NCBI GenBank assembly: GCA_002269645.1
Contig: NIVC01000581.1
Coordinates: 372,001-436,000 of the forward strand
Origin: Macrostomum lignano
Lineage: Eukaryota
Direction: 5' to 3'
DNA length: 64,000 bases
Shown piece after piece: positions 20,957 to 32,749 of this stretch; positions within the stretch are counted from its first letter, which is position 1; every line of letters starts with the position of its first letter. The notes under the pieces were generated by a model. The model saw only the letters and a program-made list of their open reading frames with translations, was not told where the DNA came from and did no database searches. A program made the translations under genes and the position numbers.

Positions 20957-22972
20957 TCAAACCCGCTGTTGCTCTGAGCTCATTTCATCGAGTTTTCCTT
21001 CATCTAAATGAGCAGAGCTGCCATTTTGCATTTTAGGCATCGCGTGTACTGCGTTTGCATTCGAGCGCCTCTTCAGCACTTTGATCAGGTTGTACAGCAG
21101 CTCGACGAGCTCGCACAGGCTCAGCAGGCTGCAGCCGAGGTAGATGCCCGCAGTGCCGCCCATGTCGGCGATGAACGTCTGCAGAGAGTAGCCGGGCGAC
21201 AGCCGGATCTGCGAGCTGCGCGACTCCTGGCTGCGCAGCGTCACTTTCAGGCCCGAACGGGAGAAGAACTTTTCAGCCAATTGTTCCAAATGCGAAAGAC
21301 TGAAATAATAGATGGATATGAGCCGATAAATAGCTGACCAAGCGGGCCTCGAAACGTTCGGCTCCTGTTCCAAGATTGTCTTCATCACGTCGGTGATGAC
21401 CCGGATCTGCCCGTTCTCGTTGGGCCAGTTCGCGCTGGAGGTGCTGGTCTCGTACTTCCGTGACACGCACAGCTGCCTGCTCTGGCACAGCTGCTGGAAG
21501 TCGCTCAGCGCGGCCGTGTCAGCTGTGAACGCCTGCAGGAGGTTCGACTCGATCTGAGACTCGTTCAGGCCGCTCGCATTCAGGCAGAAGCGCAGGTGCC
21601 TGAACTGCCACGGCAGCGGGTTCACGTACGGACTGCAGCCGCCGTTCACAGACAGCTGCCGAGCGAACTCTGAGAAGTAGCAGAAGCTGTTGCTGTAGCC
21701 GAACGCGTACGCCGAGCCGTCGTACGGATTGACGAACTGCACGTCGGGAGCCTCCGTCAGGCAGCGTCCGCCGTACGCCTCGGGCTCCTTCTTGATGCTC
21801 TGCATGCTGAGCCCGATGCTGTAGGACCTGCCGGGAGCGAGCAGGAAGTTGGTCACGAACCTGCTCGGGTACTCGCCTCGAGGAGCCAGGTACAGCCTCA
21901 TTCCCATCGGCCTGTCGATCTCGTAGGGCGAGTCCAGGTCCCAGTCGTACACGAATGTACTCAGGTTGTTGTACAGCGGGACCGTCACGCTCATTACCTG
22001 TGAATACGCGCTGACATTCAATACGCTATAAAAGTCGGTGAAGTACGGATCCAGAATGAACTGGAAGCTGATCTCCGAGTTGACCTTGCTCAGCTCAGCG
22101 AGTCTCTGCTCGGTCAGCTCGACCTTGAGACACTTGAGGTGATTCGAGTGATAGAAGGGTCTGAGGGAGACGCCCGACTTGCTGTCGTTCTTCAGTACCG
22201 TCTGCTGCTCCTTGTGAGCGAGATGGTCCACCAGCAAGCTGTACGGCATTGACTGGATGGCGGACTTCAGTCTGTACAGCTTCATCTGCTCGATTTGAGA
22301 CTCGGTGGCGTTCGCGAGCGACGAGTTGAGCAGCCGTTGCAGCGCCGAGTCGAAGGTGGCGAGCGAGGCGGTCACCCTGGCGTTGATGTCGGTGACGAAC
22401 TCGCTGGCGAGCGTGACGGAGTAGGTGCCCGACACCTGGACATTGTTGCAGAAGTACACGTCGGGAAACTGGAAGTCCACAGCCTCGGCCTCGTAGGAAG
22501 TGCTGACCTCGCCTCTGACGAGCTTGCTTGTGAAGCCGTGCATGCTGAAGGTGAACACAGCGAGCAGGGCCAGGAAGGCCAGCAGCCAGCAGAGCTTGAT
22601 GTAGAGCGGCCTCTGGCCCGCCAGCCTGCTGAGCCCGTGGGCTGTGGTCTCGCTGGCAGCCGCGGCCAGGACCTGCGTCAGCAGTGCTCCAGTGCTCTTA
22701 CTCTCTTCTGAAGCTGGCGTGGCGTGGACTTTGTTCTAAAAATAGTTCATTTGTATTTGTGCGGCTTTTTACATAACGCCTTACAATATTCTGCCTATTA
22801 CTGTTTCAGGTTCGTTCGGGGACTTTGAAGTGAGGCAACACATCCGCCTGAGGTTATACGAACTACATGTGAGTGCGAAATGTCCTTTACAGCGTTTTTG
22901 AGAGCGCCTCAGCTAATGCTGATTTTTTCTTAATTCTCGGAAGGCCCACAAACAGGAACTCACATCTTCCAT
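20957..22972 (-). CDS. DEG/ENaC (amiloride-sensitive channel) family subunit, ~595 aa
   Basis: Main exon 22735-20957 (acceptor TTTTAG), plus a probable 9-nt first coding exon MED at 22972-22964 with a GTGAGT donor. Motifs: ETTAHG, TM1 KLCWLLAFLALLAVF, FPDVYFCN, Cys-containing thumb, and TM2 ADMGGTAGIYLGCSLLSLCELVEL with the GxS filter. Confidence 0.92.
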
Positions 22973-24476
22973 GTGCGACCACTTGATGGAGAGCAGTAGT
23001 GAAGAGTTAAACTGTTCTTGAGACAAATAACACGAGACTGAGCCATGCAGTCCGATGCTTTTGCTCGCCTTTATCTACCTCCGGCCCGAGCGGCTTTGAT
23101 GCGGGCTGGTTGCCATAGAGATGCATTGCCTGCTGCGCGCTGCTGCGCGCTGCTGCTATGAAGAACGGCATTGGCCTGAAGGCAGGCTTCTTTTCCAGCA
23201 TAGAATTGTCCTCAAGTCAGCAAAGCACTTCATTCAGTATCTTATTGAGCAAACATAGCTGCCACATCTCTCTGTGCCTTCAGTGCAGAAGGTAAACTCT
23301 CTGGAAAAAAAGCGCTTGCTGCAAGTAGCTCGTAAAGTACGCGCGCTTTTGTCGATAATTTTTTTCAACTTTGAATTGGAAATTGGGACCGGTATTGAGT
23401 ATCCTGAGTCATTAAATTACTACCGGTGGGAACTGGACTATCATTGAGACCTTGAGGGCTAAGGCGATTGAATTCGTGATCTGCTGAAGCAGCAGAACGA
23501 CACCGGGAGCGGAGTGCTTCCAGGCAGTTTTTTCACAATTCTTTTTAGCCTTTTTGCACGCAGTGGGGCTTGTGGACGAGTTCACCTTGTTAGTTACCAT
23601 TTTTTACTTCAGGGTACACCACTTTCCGAGCAATGCGTGCAGCCTTCATCACATTTTAACTCTGCAAGGTAACTCGAGGCACTGGCTGGTCGTAGACACG
23701 TCACAGACTCATGGCAGCTGAGCGAACAGCTAAAAGAGTCCAGGCACCGTTGCTATGGCAACAGTACACAATCATAGTCAGTATAAACTCATTTCGTCAT
23801 TAAAGAAGTCTTCGATTCAGCAGGGTTGCTAAGAAGCTTTGGAAGCGGTACCTGCTGCTGGGCTGTTGTTACTGCAGACTGCAAAGCTGAGCACACATTT
23901 GTGAGCCCAACTGCATGGGTGAGCACGTAAACAAATGTGAGATGGGTGAGGAGGAATTACAAAAGTTGATAACCAGAGATTCCTACAGGCATGACAGTTG
24001 CTCTTGCTCACAGCACTAAAGTTTGGGCGGTACTTCATTAAACACAAGCCTTTATTCCCAAGGTTAGTAATTGTAAATTTGTGTGCTTCCATGCAGCTGA
24101 GGTGACACACAAGTAATGGCGCACCGCGCCCTCGCACCGCGTATTTAAATTATTGTTTTCTATAGAGAAGGCAGGCGGCAACTCTGGTTTTCGGAAGAAT
24201 AGCTGAGCATAGAGAGCCGCTGAGTGCTCTGTGACGGCAGCAGCTGCGGGTGCAGCGCAGGGCGTCAACCCAGCATATTGTACAGCTCTGTGCTGCTGCT
24301 CAGATGTGCTCTAAAGTTTATAACTGGGCAGAGAATGTCGGGGGGGGGGCAGAAGGGTCTGACACTGACTGCTGGCTGCCCGCTCTCATTCCCATTGCCC
24401 GGTCTTAAAGCATAGCGCAGTGCGACAGAAGCTTTCAAATACAGCAACTCAGGGGAAGAGCAAGCCAGCCGCAAGC

Positions 24477-26509
24477 ATGCCGTCAACTTCCTGGAGATGT
24501 CACCGTCGTTGGCGTCGCCTTCGTGACGACGTAGAAGAGGCCGGCTTCGCCGAGACAGAAGGCCTCCTTTCTGGCAGCTTCAGTGCAGCGCAGGACGCGA
24601 ACGCCGATGATGCATCGGCCGACTGCCCAGCTGAGGGCGAAGTTGCAGCTGCGGAGCCGCTGGTTCAGGAGGAAGCGACGGACGTGGCGACCGCGACTTT
24701 CAGGACTGGCAAGGGACGGTCGGCTCGAAAGCTGGCCAGGACTGCTAAGAGAAAGGTGCGAAATTTCATCCCCAGTTATATCCCCCCCTAGCTGGACTCC
24801 GATCCAACCCAACTGCTGGACTAAATCCAACCCAGCTGGACCCGATCCAACCCACCTGGACCCGATCCAACCCAGCTGGATTCCGATCCAACCCAGCTGG
24901 ACTAAATCCAACCCAGCTGGACTAAATCCAACCCAGCTGGACCCAATCCAACCCAGCTGGACCCAATCCAACCCAGCTGGACCCGATCCAACAAAGCTGG
25001 ACCCGATCCAACCCAGCTGGACCCGATCCAACCCAGCTGGATTCCGATCCAACCCAGCTGGACTAAATCCAACCCAGCTGGACCCAATCCAACCCAACTG
25101 GACTAAATCCAACCCAGCTGAACTAAATCCAACCCAGCTGGACTAAATCCAACCCAGCTGGACCCAATCCAACCCAGCTGGACCCAATCCAACCCAGCTG
25201 GACTAAATCCAACCCAGCTGGACTAAATCCAACCCAGCTGGACTAAATCCAACCCAGCTGGACTAAATCCAACCCAGCTGGACTAAATCCAACCCAGCTG
25301 GACCCAATCCAACCCAGCTGGACTCAATCCAACCCAGCTGGACCCGATCCAACCCACCTGGACCCGATCCAACCCAGCTGGATTCCGATCCAACCCAGCT
25401 GGACTAAATCCAACCCAGCTGGACTAAATCCAACCCAGCTGGACCCAATCCAACCCAGCTGGACCCAATCCAACCCAGCTGGACCCGATCCAACCCAGCT
25501 GGACCCGATCCAACCCAGCTGGACCCGATCCAACCCAGCTGGATTCCGATCCAACCCAGCTGGACTAAATCCAACCCAGCTGGACCCAATCCAACCCAGC
25601 TGGACCCAATCCAACCCAGCTGGACTCCGATCCAACCCAGCTGGACTCTGATCCAACCCAGCTGGACCAAATCAAACCCAGCTGGACCCAATCCAACCCA
25701 GCTGGACCCAATCCAACCCAGCTGGACTCCGATCCAACCCAGCTGGACTCCGATCCAACCCAGCTGGACTCCGATCCAACCCAGCTGGACCAAATCAAAC
25801 CCAGCTGTACCCAATCAAACCCAGCTGGACCCAATCCAACCCAGCTGGACTCAATCCAACCCAGCTGGACCCGATCCAACCCACCTGGACCCGATCCAAC
25901 CCAGCTGGATTCCGATCCAACCCAGCTGGACTAAATCCAACCCAGCTGGACCCAATCCAACCCAGCTGGACCCAATCCAACCCAGCTGGACTCCGATCCA
26001 ACCCAGCTGGACTCTGATCCAACCCAGCTGGACCAAATCAAACCCAGCTGGACCCAATCCAACCCAGCTGGACCCAATCCAACCCAGCTGGACTCCGATC
26101 CAACCCAGCTGGACTCCGATCCAACCCAGCTGGACTCCGATCCAACCCAGCTGGACCAAATCAAACCCAGCTGTACCCAATCAAACCCAGCTGGACCCAA
26201 TCCAACCCAGCTGGACCCAATCCAACCCAGCTGGACCCCGATCCAAAATACGAGCTAGGTCATAAATGCGCATATGCATCGAAGTATTGCAATATTTCAA
26301 AACTTTCAAATTTTTTTTATAAAATAAAACTATCATCAAGCACAAACCCACCCCTGCACCGGCAGCTCTCCCGGCTGTTCCGCAGGCTGTGGCGCGGTGT
26401 ACGGAAGTCTGCGACCTCAGCGGGCGCACTGAGCTCCGGCCAGGACTGGCTGCTGGGCATGGAGTGGCTCGCTACGCTGCCAGCAGCGGGCCTGAAGGCG
26501 TCCGGCTGA
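24477..26509 (+). CDS. Orphan two-exon protein (~140 aa; acidic N-half, basic amphipathic helix)
   Basis: Exons 24477-24755 (AAG|GTGCG) and 26366-26509 (CAG|CTC) join in frame as KLARTAKRK-LSRLFRRLWRGVRKS. Both are GC-rich and flank a minisatellite like the other introns here. The start codon is uncertain. Confidence 0.5.
24790..26240. repeat. 20-bp minisatellite (TGGACCCAATCCAACCCAGC)
   Basis: About 70 copies with variants, inside the intron of the orphan gene. Confidence 0.95.
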
Positions 26510-26809
26510 ATGCTGGATGGTTGAAAATACAAGTGCGGCCCTGTAGACGTAAATTTTAGCATAATGCGGTGCAAGCTTATCTTCCTATGTTAAAAGCAGT
26601 CTGCTCAAACCTGCGAAACAGCCACCTTCAACAAAGCAGGTTTTTGCCTCGCTGTTATGCCCTCGTGTTGCGCATTTTTATGTACATAACAAATTCACTT
26701 CAAGTGTTCCGGGCTGCAGCGCGAGGATTCAATTGTGAACTAATTAGACAAAGCTCTTGTTGAAATCTATATTTCGAGTGGCTCTAATTTTAGAGTGCCT
26801 CGTATTTTA

Positions 26810-27970
26810 GCGGGGATGTGGGGGATGTGAGTGGCTGTGGGGGATGTGAGGGGGCTGTGGGGGATGTGAGTGGCTGTGGGGGATGTGAGGGGCTGTGGGG
26901 GATGTGAGGGGGCTGTGGGGGATGTGAGGGGCTGTGGGGGATGTGAGGGGCTGTGGGGGATGTGAGGGGGCTGTGGGGGATGTGAGGGGGCTGTGGGGGA
27001 TGTGAGTGGCTGTGGGGGATGTGAGGGGCTGTGGGGGATGTGAGGGGCTGTGGGGGATGTGAGGGGGCTGTGGGGGATGTGAGGGGGCTGTGGGGGATGT
27101 GAGGGGCTGTGGGGGATGTGAGGGGCTGTGGGGGATGTGAGGGGCTGTGGGGGATGTGAGGGGCTGTGGGGGATGTGAGGGGGCTGTGGGGGATGTGAGG
27201 GGGCTGTGGGGGATGTGAGGGGCTGTGGGGGATGTGAGGGGCTGTGGGGGATGTGAGGGCTGTGGGGGATGTGAGGGGCTGTGGGGGATGTGAGGGGCTG
27301 TGGGGGATGTGAGGGGGCTGTGGGGAATGTGAGGGGGCTGTGGGGGATGTGAGGGGGCTGTGGGGGATGTGAGGGGGCTGAGGGGGATGTGAGGGGCTGT
27401 GGGGGATGCGAGGGGCTGTGGGGGATGTGAGGGGCTGAGGGGGATGTGAGGGGGCTGTGGGGGATGTGAGGGGCTGAGGGGGATGTGAGGGGCTGTGGGG
27501 GATGTGAGGGGGCTGTGGGGATGTGAGGGGGCTGTGGGGGATGTGAGGGGCTGTGGGGATGTGACGGGGCTGAGTGGGATGTGAGGGGCTGTGGGGGATG
27601 TGAGGGGCTGTGGGGGATGTGAGGGGGCTGAGGGGATGTGAGGGGCTGTGGGGGATGTGAGGGGCTGTGGGGGATGTGAGGGGCTGTGGGGGATGTGAGG
27701 GGCTGTGGGGATGTGAGGGGCTGTGGGGGATGTAGGGGATGTGAGGGGGCTGTGGGGGATGTAGGGGATGTGAGGGGGCTGTGGGGGATGTGAGGGGGAT
27801 GTGAGGGGCTGTGGGGGATGTGAGGGGGCTGTGGGGGATGTGAGGGGCTGTGGGGGATGTGAGGGGGCTGTGGGGGATGTGAGGGGGCTGAGGGGAATGT
27901 GAGGGGCTGTGGGGGATGTGAGGGGCTGTGGGGGATGTGAGGGGCTGTGGGGGATGTGAGGGGCTGTGGA
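26810..27970. repeat. G-rich ~19-21-bp minisatellite (GGGGGATGTGAGGGGCTGT)
   Basis: Visible directly; the 470-aa and 426-aa P/H/S/T ORFs are read-throughs of it. Confidence 0.95.
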
Positions 27971-28549
27971 GAAGTGAAAAGCGCAGTGGGTGGAGACGTG
28001 AGGGTGTTGCGGAAGCCAGCAACGGTGTGTCCTGTAAGAAGTGGAGGCTGATGATGAAAAAACGAATAAAAACGAAAGCAGAGTCATGAGACATTTTAGG
28101 AAAATAAAAGCAACTGAAATGAAGGCCTGGGCTGGCTATTATTACGCACGATATGTATTTATCAATTCTGATGCTCAGCACGGATCCCCCAGAAAAGCCC
28201 ACAAGAGCAGCAGGGGGATAACTTCAATTAAGCAAGCTGAGCAAACTTGTGAGCGAATATTTGATAAAAATATTTTCCATTGTAAAGCAATCGAAATGCG
28301 CGAAATTATTGGCTTCCAGACTGGGAGACTCCGTCCGCGCTATTGAGAGTAGCAACCATAAAATGCGACGGATCAAGTTTAATAAAAGTACTCTGAGACC
28401 GAATTAAGTTAGCGCAATTAATACCGTAATTTCTACAAGCGAGCGACATGCGATTTTTATGAGGAAAATGCGCGACCGAAAATCCAGACGGAATAAATTG
28501 CAAAAGTCATTCGCTAACCTTAAATTGCATCAATAGGGGCATGGTGGTC

Positions 28550-29045
28550 CAAGACATGACATTCAGGACATAATGTTCAGGAGAGATTATGTTCAGGACT
28601 TATGTTCAGGAGAGATGATGCTCAGAAGAGATTATGTTCAGGACTTATGTTTAGGAGAGATGATGCTCAGGAGAGATTATGTTCAGGACTTATGTTCAGG
28701 AGAGATGATGCTCAGGAGAGATTATGTTCAGGACATGATGTTAAGCACATGATGCTCACGACATAATGTTGAGGACATGATATTTTGGAAATTATGTTCA
28801 GGACATGATTAAATTCCTCAGGATGTAATATTCAGACAAGATGATGTTCAGGACATGTTCAGGACATGATGTTCAGGACATGATGTTCAGGACATGATGT
28901 TCAGAAGATGATCTTCAGGACATGATGTTCAGGACATGATGCTCAGGACATGATGCTCAGGACATTATGTTCAGGACATGATGTTCAGGACATGATGCTC
29001 AGGACATTATGTTCAGGACATGATGTTCACGACATGATGTTCACT
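28550..29045. repeat. 14-bp degenerate minisatellite (CATGATGTTCAGGA) overlapping the CDC45 stop
   Basis: The unit matches the last codons of CDC45 (minus strand GTGAACATCATGTCGTGA). Confidence 0.9.
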
Positions 29046-32000
29046 AGCGCGTCGCAGAACTTCCTGGCGTCCTCGCGGTGCAGCCGCACAGCGTGCCCGT
29101 CGAACTCGGCCTCGCCGAGGGCCCGGCAGCCACGGGCGGCCTCCAGCATGGCGGCGCGGAACACGTTGCGGCAGTCCTCGGCACCCACGGGCGGCAGGCC
29201 GAGGAAGACGGTGCTGAACTCGGGGGCCACGCCGGACCCCGGCAGCTGGCAGGTGGCCAGCAGGGGCAGCTGGCCGGCCCGCCGCATCTTGCCGAGGCTG
29301 ACGAAGCCCCGCTGCGCCAGGCTGGCCAGCAGGTGCAGCGCAGCCGGGCCCGCCTGCTCGGGCAGCGACACGAACAGAAAGGGGCCGAGGTTCACCACCG
29401 AGCCCTGGTCCAGCAGCGCCTGCACCTGCTCGGTCTGGGGAGGCGGGCAATCGGCAGAGACCGACTTAAGTCCGGGCTGCTGTGCGGAACTCGCAGGAAC
29501 TGGGAGAGAAATTCCCGTGACCCATTGACCCAACCCCAGTCCCTGACCCGTGACCCATTGACCCAACCCCAGTCCCTGACCCGTGACCCATTGACCCAAC
29601 CCCAGTCCCTGACCCGTGACTCATTGACCCAACCCCAGTCCCTGACCCGTGACCCATTGACCCAACTCCATTCCCTGACCCGTGACTTATTGACCCAACC
29701 CCAGTCCTTGACCCGTGACTCATTGACCCAACCCCAGTCCCTGACCCGTGACCCATTGACCCAACCCCAGTCCCTGACCCGTGACCCATTGACCCAACCC
29801 CAGTCCTTGACCCGTGACTCATTGACCCAAACCCCAGTCCCTGACCCGTGACCCATTGACCCAACCCCAGACCCTGACCCGTGACCCATTGACCCAACCC
29901 CAGTCCCTGACCCGTGACCCATTGACCCAACCCCAGTCCCTGACCCGTGACCCATTGACCCAACCCCAGTCCTTGACCCGTGACTCATTGACCCAACCCC
30001 AGTCCCTGACCCGTGACCCATTGACCCAACCCCAGTCCCTGACCCGTGAACCATTGACCCAACCCCAGTCCCTGACCCGTGACCCGTTGACCCAACCCAA
30101 TCCTTAACTCCGTCACCCACCTGTCCGCTCAGCCAGTCGCGCACCAGGCCGAGGTCCCGGCAGACGCCCTCGCTGCACTCGATGGTGACGCAGTCGATGG
30201 CGGCGCAGAAGTCGCCCCGGGTCAGGTGGCAGGCGCACAGCAGAGCGCAGTCAGTGGCCACCAGGGCTGGCCGGAAGGCCGCCTTGGCAGTGAATGTGGG
30301 CAGGAAGAGGCGCTCCGGGTCCAGCTTGAACTTGCCTGGGGGGAGGGTTGGCGCATTGACTGCTGTGGGTCTGCGATCACCAATAGCTCAAAGGGTGCCT
30401 GCAAACCTCGATACCTTAAAGAGTCAACTGAGAACCCTGGTTCCTCATAGGGTCCTCTGGGAAATTTAGATGGCTCCTACGTCATTCAAATGATCCTGCA
30501 ATCTGACAACACCGGCCAAATATTCTGCCCGGGTCCCAGCGCCGCTCACCCGCCAGCCGGCTGAAGGAGTTCTCCAGCCCGTTCTGCAGCTGCAGGGACA
30601 TGCAGTCGAACGGCTGCCGGGCCTCTCTCTGGGCGATGCCGGCATCAGCGAGGAACTGCAGCAGCCGCTGGCGGCCGCGGGAGCCGAACAGCTGCAGGGC
30701 GCAGGCGGTGTGCGGGCTGCAGCGCATGCAGTCCTCCAGGCTCCAGTGCCGCAGCAGCCACAGGTTCAAGCAGCGGCTGAACTGAAGCTCGGCAGGGGAG
30801 GAGATGGTCTCCTGGCGGTGGGGTGGCGGTTTGGGTCAGTTAAGGTCAAGGCCGCCCTGAAGCTGCTCACAAGGTTGGGTCATAGAAATCTGAGCTCCTC
30901 AGTTCATCAGCAGCCCCCACCTGCAGCTGCGATTCCAGGGTAGTAGCGGAGGCGGAGGCCGCTGAGGAGGCGTTTCGCCAGCTGGTCACGTGGGCCTGCA
31001 GGCCGCAGACGGCCTCAAAGTAGGCGTCCCAGTCTAAGCGGCCGCTCAACAGCTGCCAGGTGTGGCCAACGATGGCGCACCACAGAGCCGAGAGGCTGGG
31101 CCGGGAGGTGCGGAAGGCCTGCTCGAGCAGCAGCAGGCTGGAGGTCGGGCCGTGGTAGGTGAACTGCTCGTGCTCCAGCAGCGCCCGCTCCCTGCGGCTG
31201 CGCCACTCGCGGCGGGCGCGCCGACGTTCAGCGGCGCTCAGGGCGGCCGTAGCGGCGTCCGGGTCGGCGTCTTCGTCCGCATCTTCCGCGTCCGAGTTCT
31301 CGTCCTAGCGGCGAGAGGCAGGGTTAGTGCTTATGGTTAGGCTCAGGTAAATGGAATCGGTTGGTGCGTGTGGGAGACTCAGGTGAATGGCAGGAGATTC
31401 AGGTGAATGGCAGGAGACTCAGATAAATGGCAGGAGACTCAGGTGAATGGCAGGAGATTCAGGTGAATGGCAGGAGACTCAGATAAATGGCAGGAGACTC
31501 AGGTGAATGGCAGGAGACTCAGGTGAATGGCAGGAGACTCAGATAAATGGCAGGAGACTCAGGTGAATGGCAGGAGATTCAGGTGAATGGCAGGAGACTC
31601 AGATAAATGGCAGGAGACTCAGGTGAATGGCAGGAGACTCAGGTGAATGGCAGGAGACTCAGGTGAATGGCAGGAGACTCAGGTGAATGGCAGGAGACTC
31701 AGATGAATGGCAGGAGACTCAGGTGAATGGCAGGAGACTCAGATGAATGGCAGGAGACTCAGGTGAATGGCAGGAGACTCAGGTGAATGGCAGGAGATTC
31801 AGGTGAATTGCAGGAGATTCAGGTGAATTGCAAGAGATTAAGATGAATGGCAGGAATTGGAGCAGCAGACCCACAGAAAAGTGTCACAGAACAGGGTTAG
31901 TTTTCTATACAATGCACTGCGCACTCACATCAGAGTCGCGGAAGACGACACCGTAGGCAGGAACGGTGACCTCCTCGCCCTCGCTGACCAGCAGGTGCAC

Positions 32001-32749
32001 CTGCTGCTGGTTGTAGAAGTTGCTAATGTGGAAGGGCCGGTGCGAGTCGATAACGTAGAATTGAAAGTCTGCCGGAGGCTGCAGCGTCTCCCAGATGTCG
32101 ATGGTGGCGCCGCAGTTCACCAGCACTCCGAATGAGACCTGCGGGTGGGAGGCTCGCTCTGGCCTTTAGTGTGCAGCGGTGGAACTCTGGCGAAGGAGGA
32201 TTCCACCTGAACAACTCGGAAGATTGGGTCTGTACCGTCTGTGTGCCTTAGTCGAAAACATAGTTGCAAAATGAAAAAGCTGTTTGCCATTTGGGTCTGA
32301 AATGTCACATTTGCAACGGTGCTACAGCAGTTCGGATCATCTGTTCCACCAAAATAAGGAGCGCTTACGCCTTCGCAGTTGTCGCGGAAACTGTCTTTGA
32401 CATCCAGATAGTTGGCCACGGGCAGCAGGGTGTACATGGTGTGCTGGCACTTGAACAGGCTCTGCAGTTCGGGATGGTGGGCTTCAATGACTGCCAGCTA
32501 TAAAAAATTGCTCAGCCTTGCAACAAAAGAGTTCAGAAACGAGTTTACCTGCAAGATTTTCCAAGCGCAAATGCCTTCCGGGTCGAGGCTGACAAAGACC
32601 AGAACTCTCTGAAGTGGGAATGGGCGGTCACTTTAGCCTGCTAGCCAGCTGATTGGTAAATCAGTCACACATTAATAAGCCAATTAACAATGACTCACTT
32701 CGCCACTCAAAAACTCCTGGAGGACTTCAAGAAAGTTTTTGCACAGCAT
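29027..32749 (-). CDS. CDC45: Cell division control protein 45 (CMG helicase subunit), 550 aa, 8 exons
   Basis: Exons 32749-32699, 32608-32549, 32461-32369, 32138-31929, 31304-30921, 30781-30550, 30335-30121, 29434-29027; all GT/AG with consistent phase (1653 nt). CDC45 hallmarks: RVLVFVS..CAWKILQSLF, YTLLPV, LVNCGATID, VIDSHRP, an acidic loop then RREW, YHG, LWCAIVG, LRHWSL, QFLADAG, GPFL, KFCDALVNIMS*. Confidence 0.95.
29515..30105. repeat. 33-bp minisatellite, last CDC45 intron
   Basis: CCCATTGACCCAACCCCAGTCCCTGACCCGTGA, about 18 copies. Confidence 0.95.
31370..31855. repeat. 20-bp minisatellite, CDC45 intron 4
   Basis: GGCAGGAGACTCAGGTGAAT, about 24 copies. Confidence 0.95.

Noticed and set aside
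22295-22711. Antisense ORFs over DEG/ENaC, CDC45, the TIR exons and the WSC genes
   Set aside because: Shadow ORFs caused by GC-rich codon usage on the opposite strand.
1192-22972. Functional pairing of the prohormone with the DEG/ENaC as a peptide-gated channel system
   Set aside because: They are about 19 kb apart with unrelated genes between, and animal gene proximity does not imply ligand-receptor pairing.
26790-28202. 470-aa and 426-aa Pro/His/Ser/Thr ORFs
   Set aside because: Read-through of the G-rich minisatellite; open in several frames.
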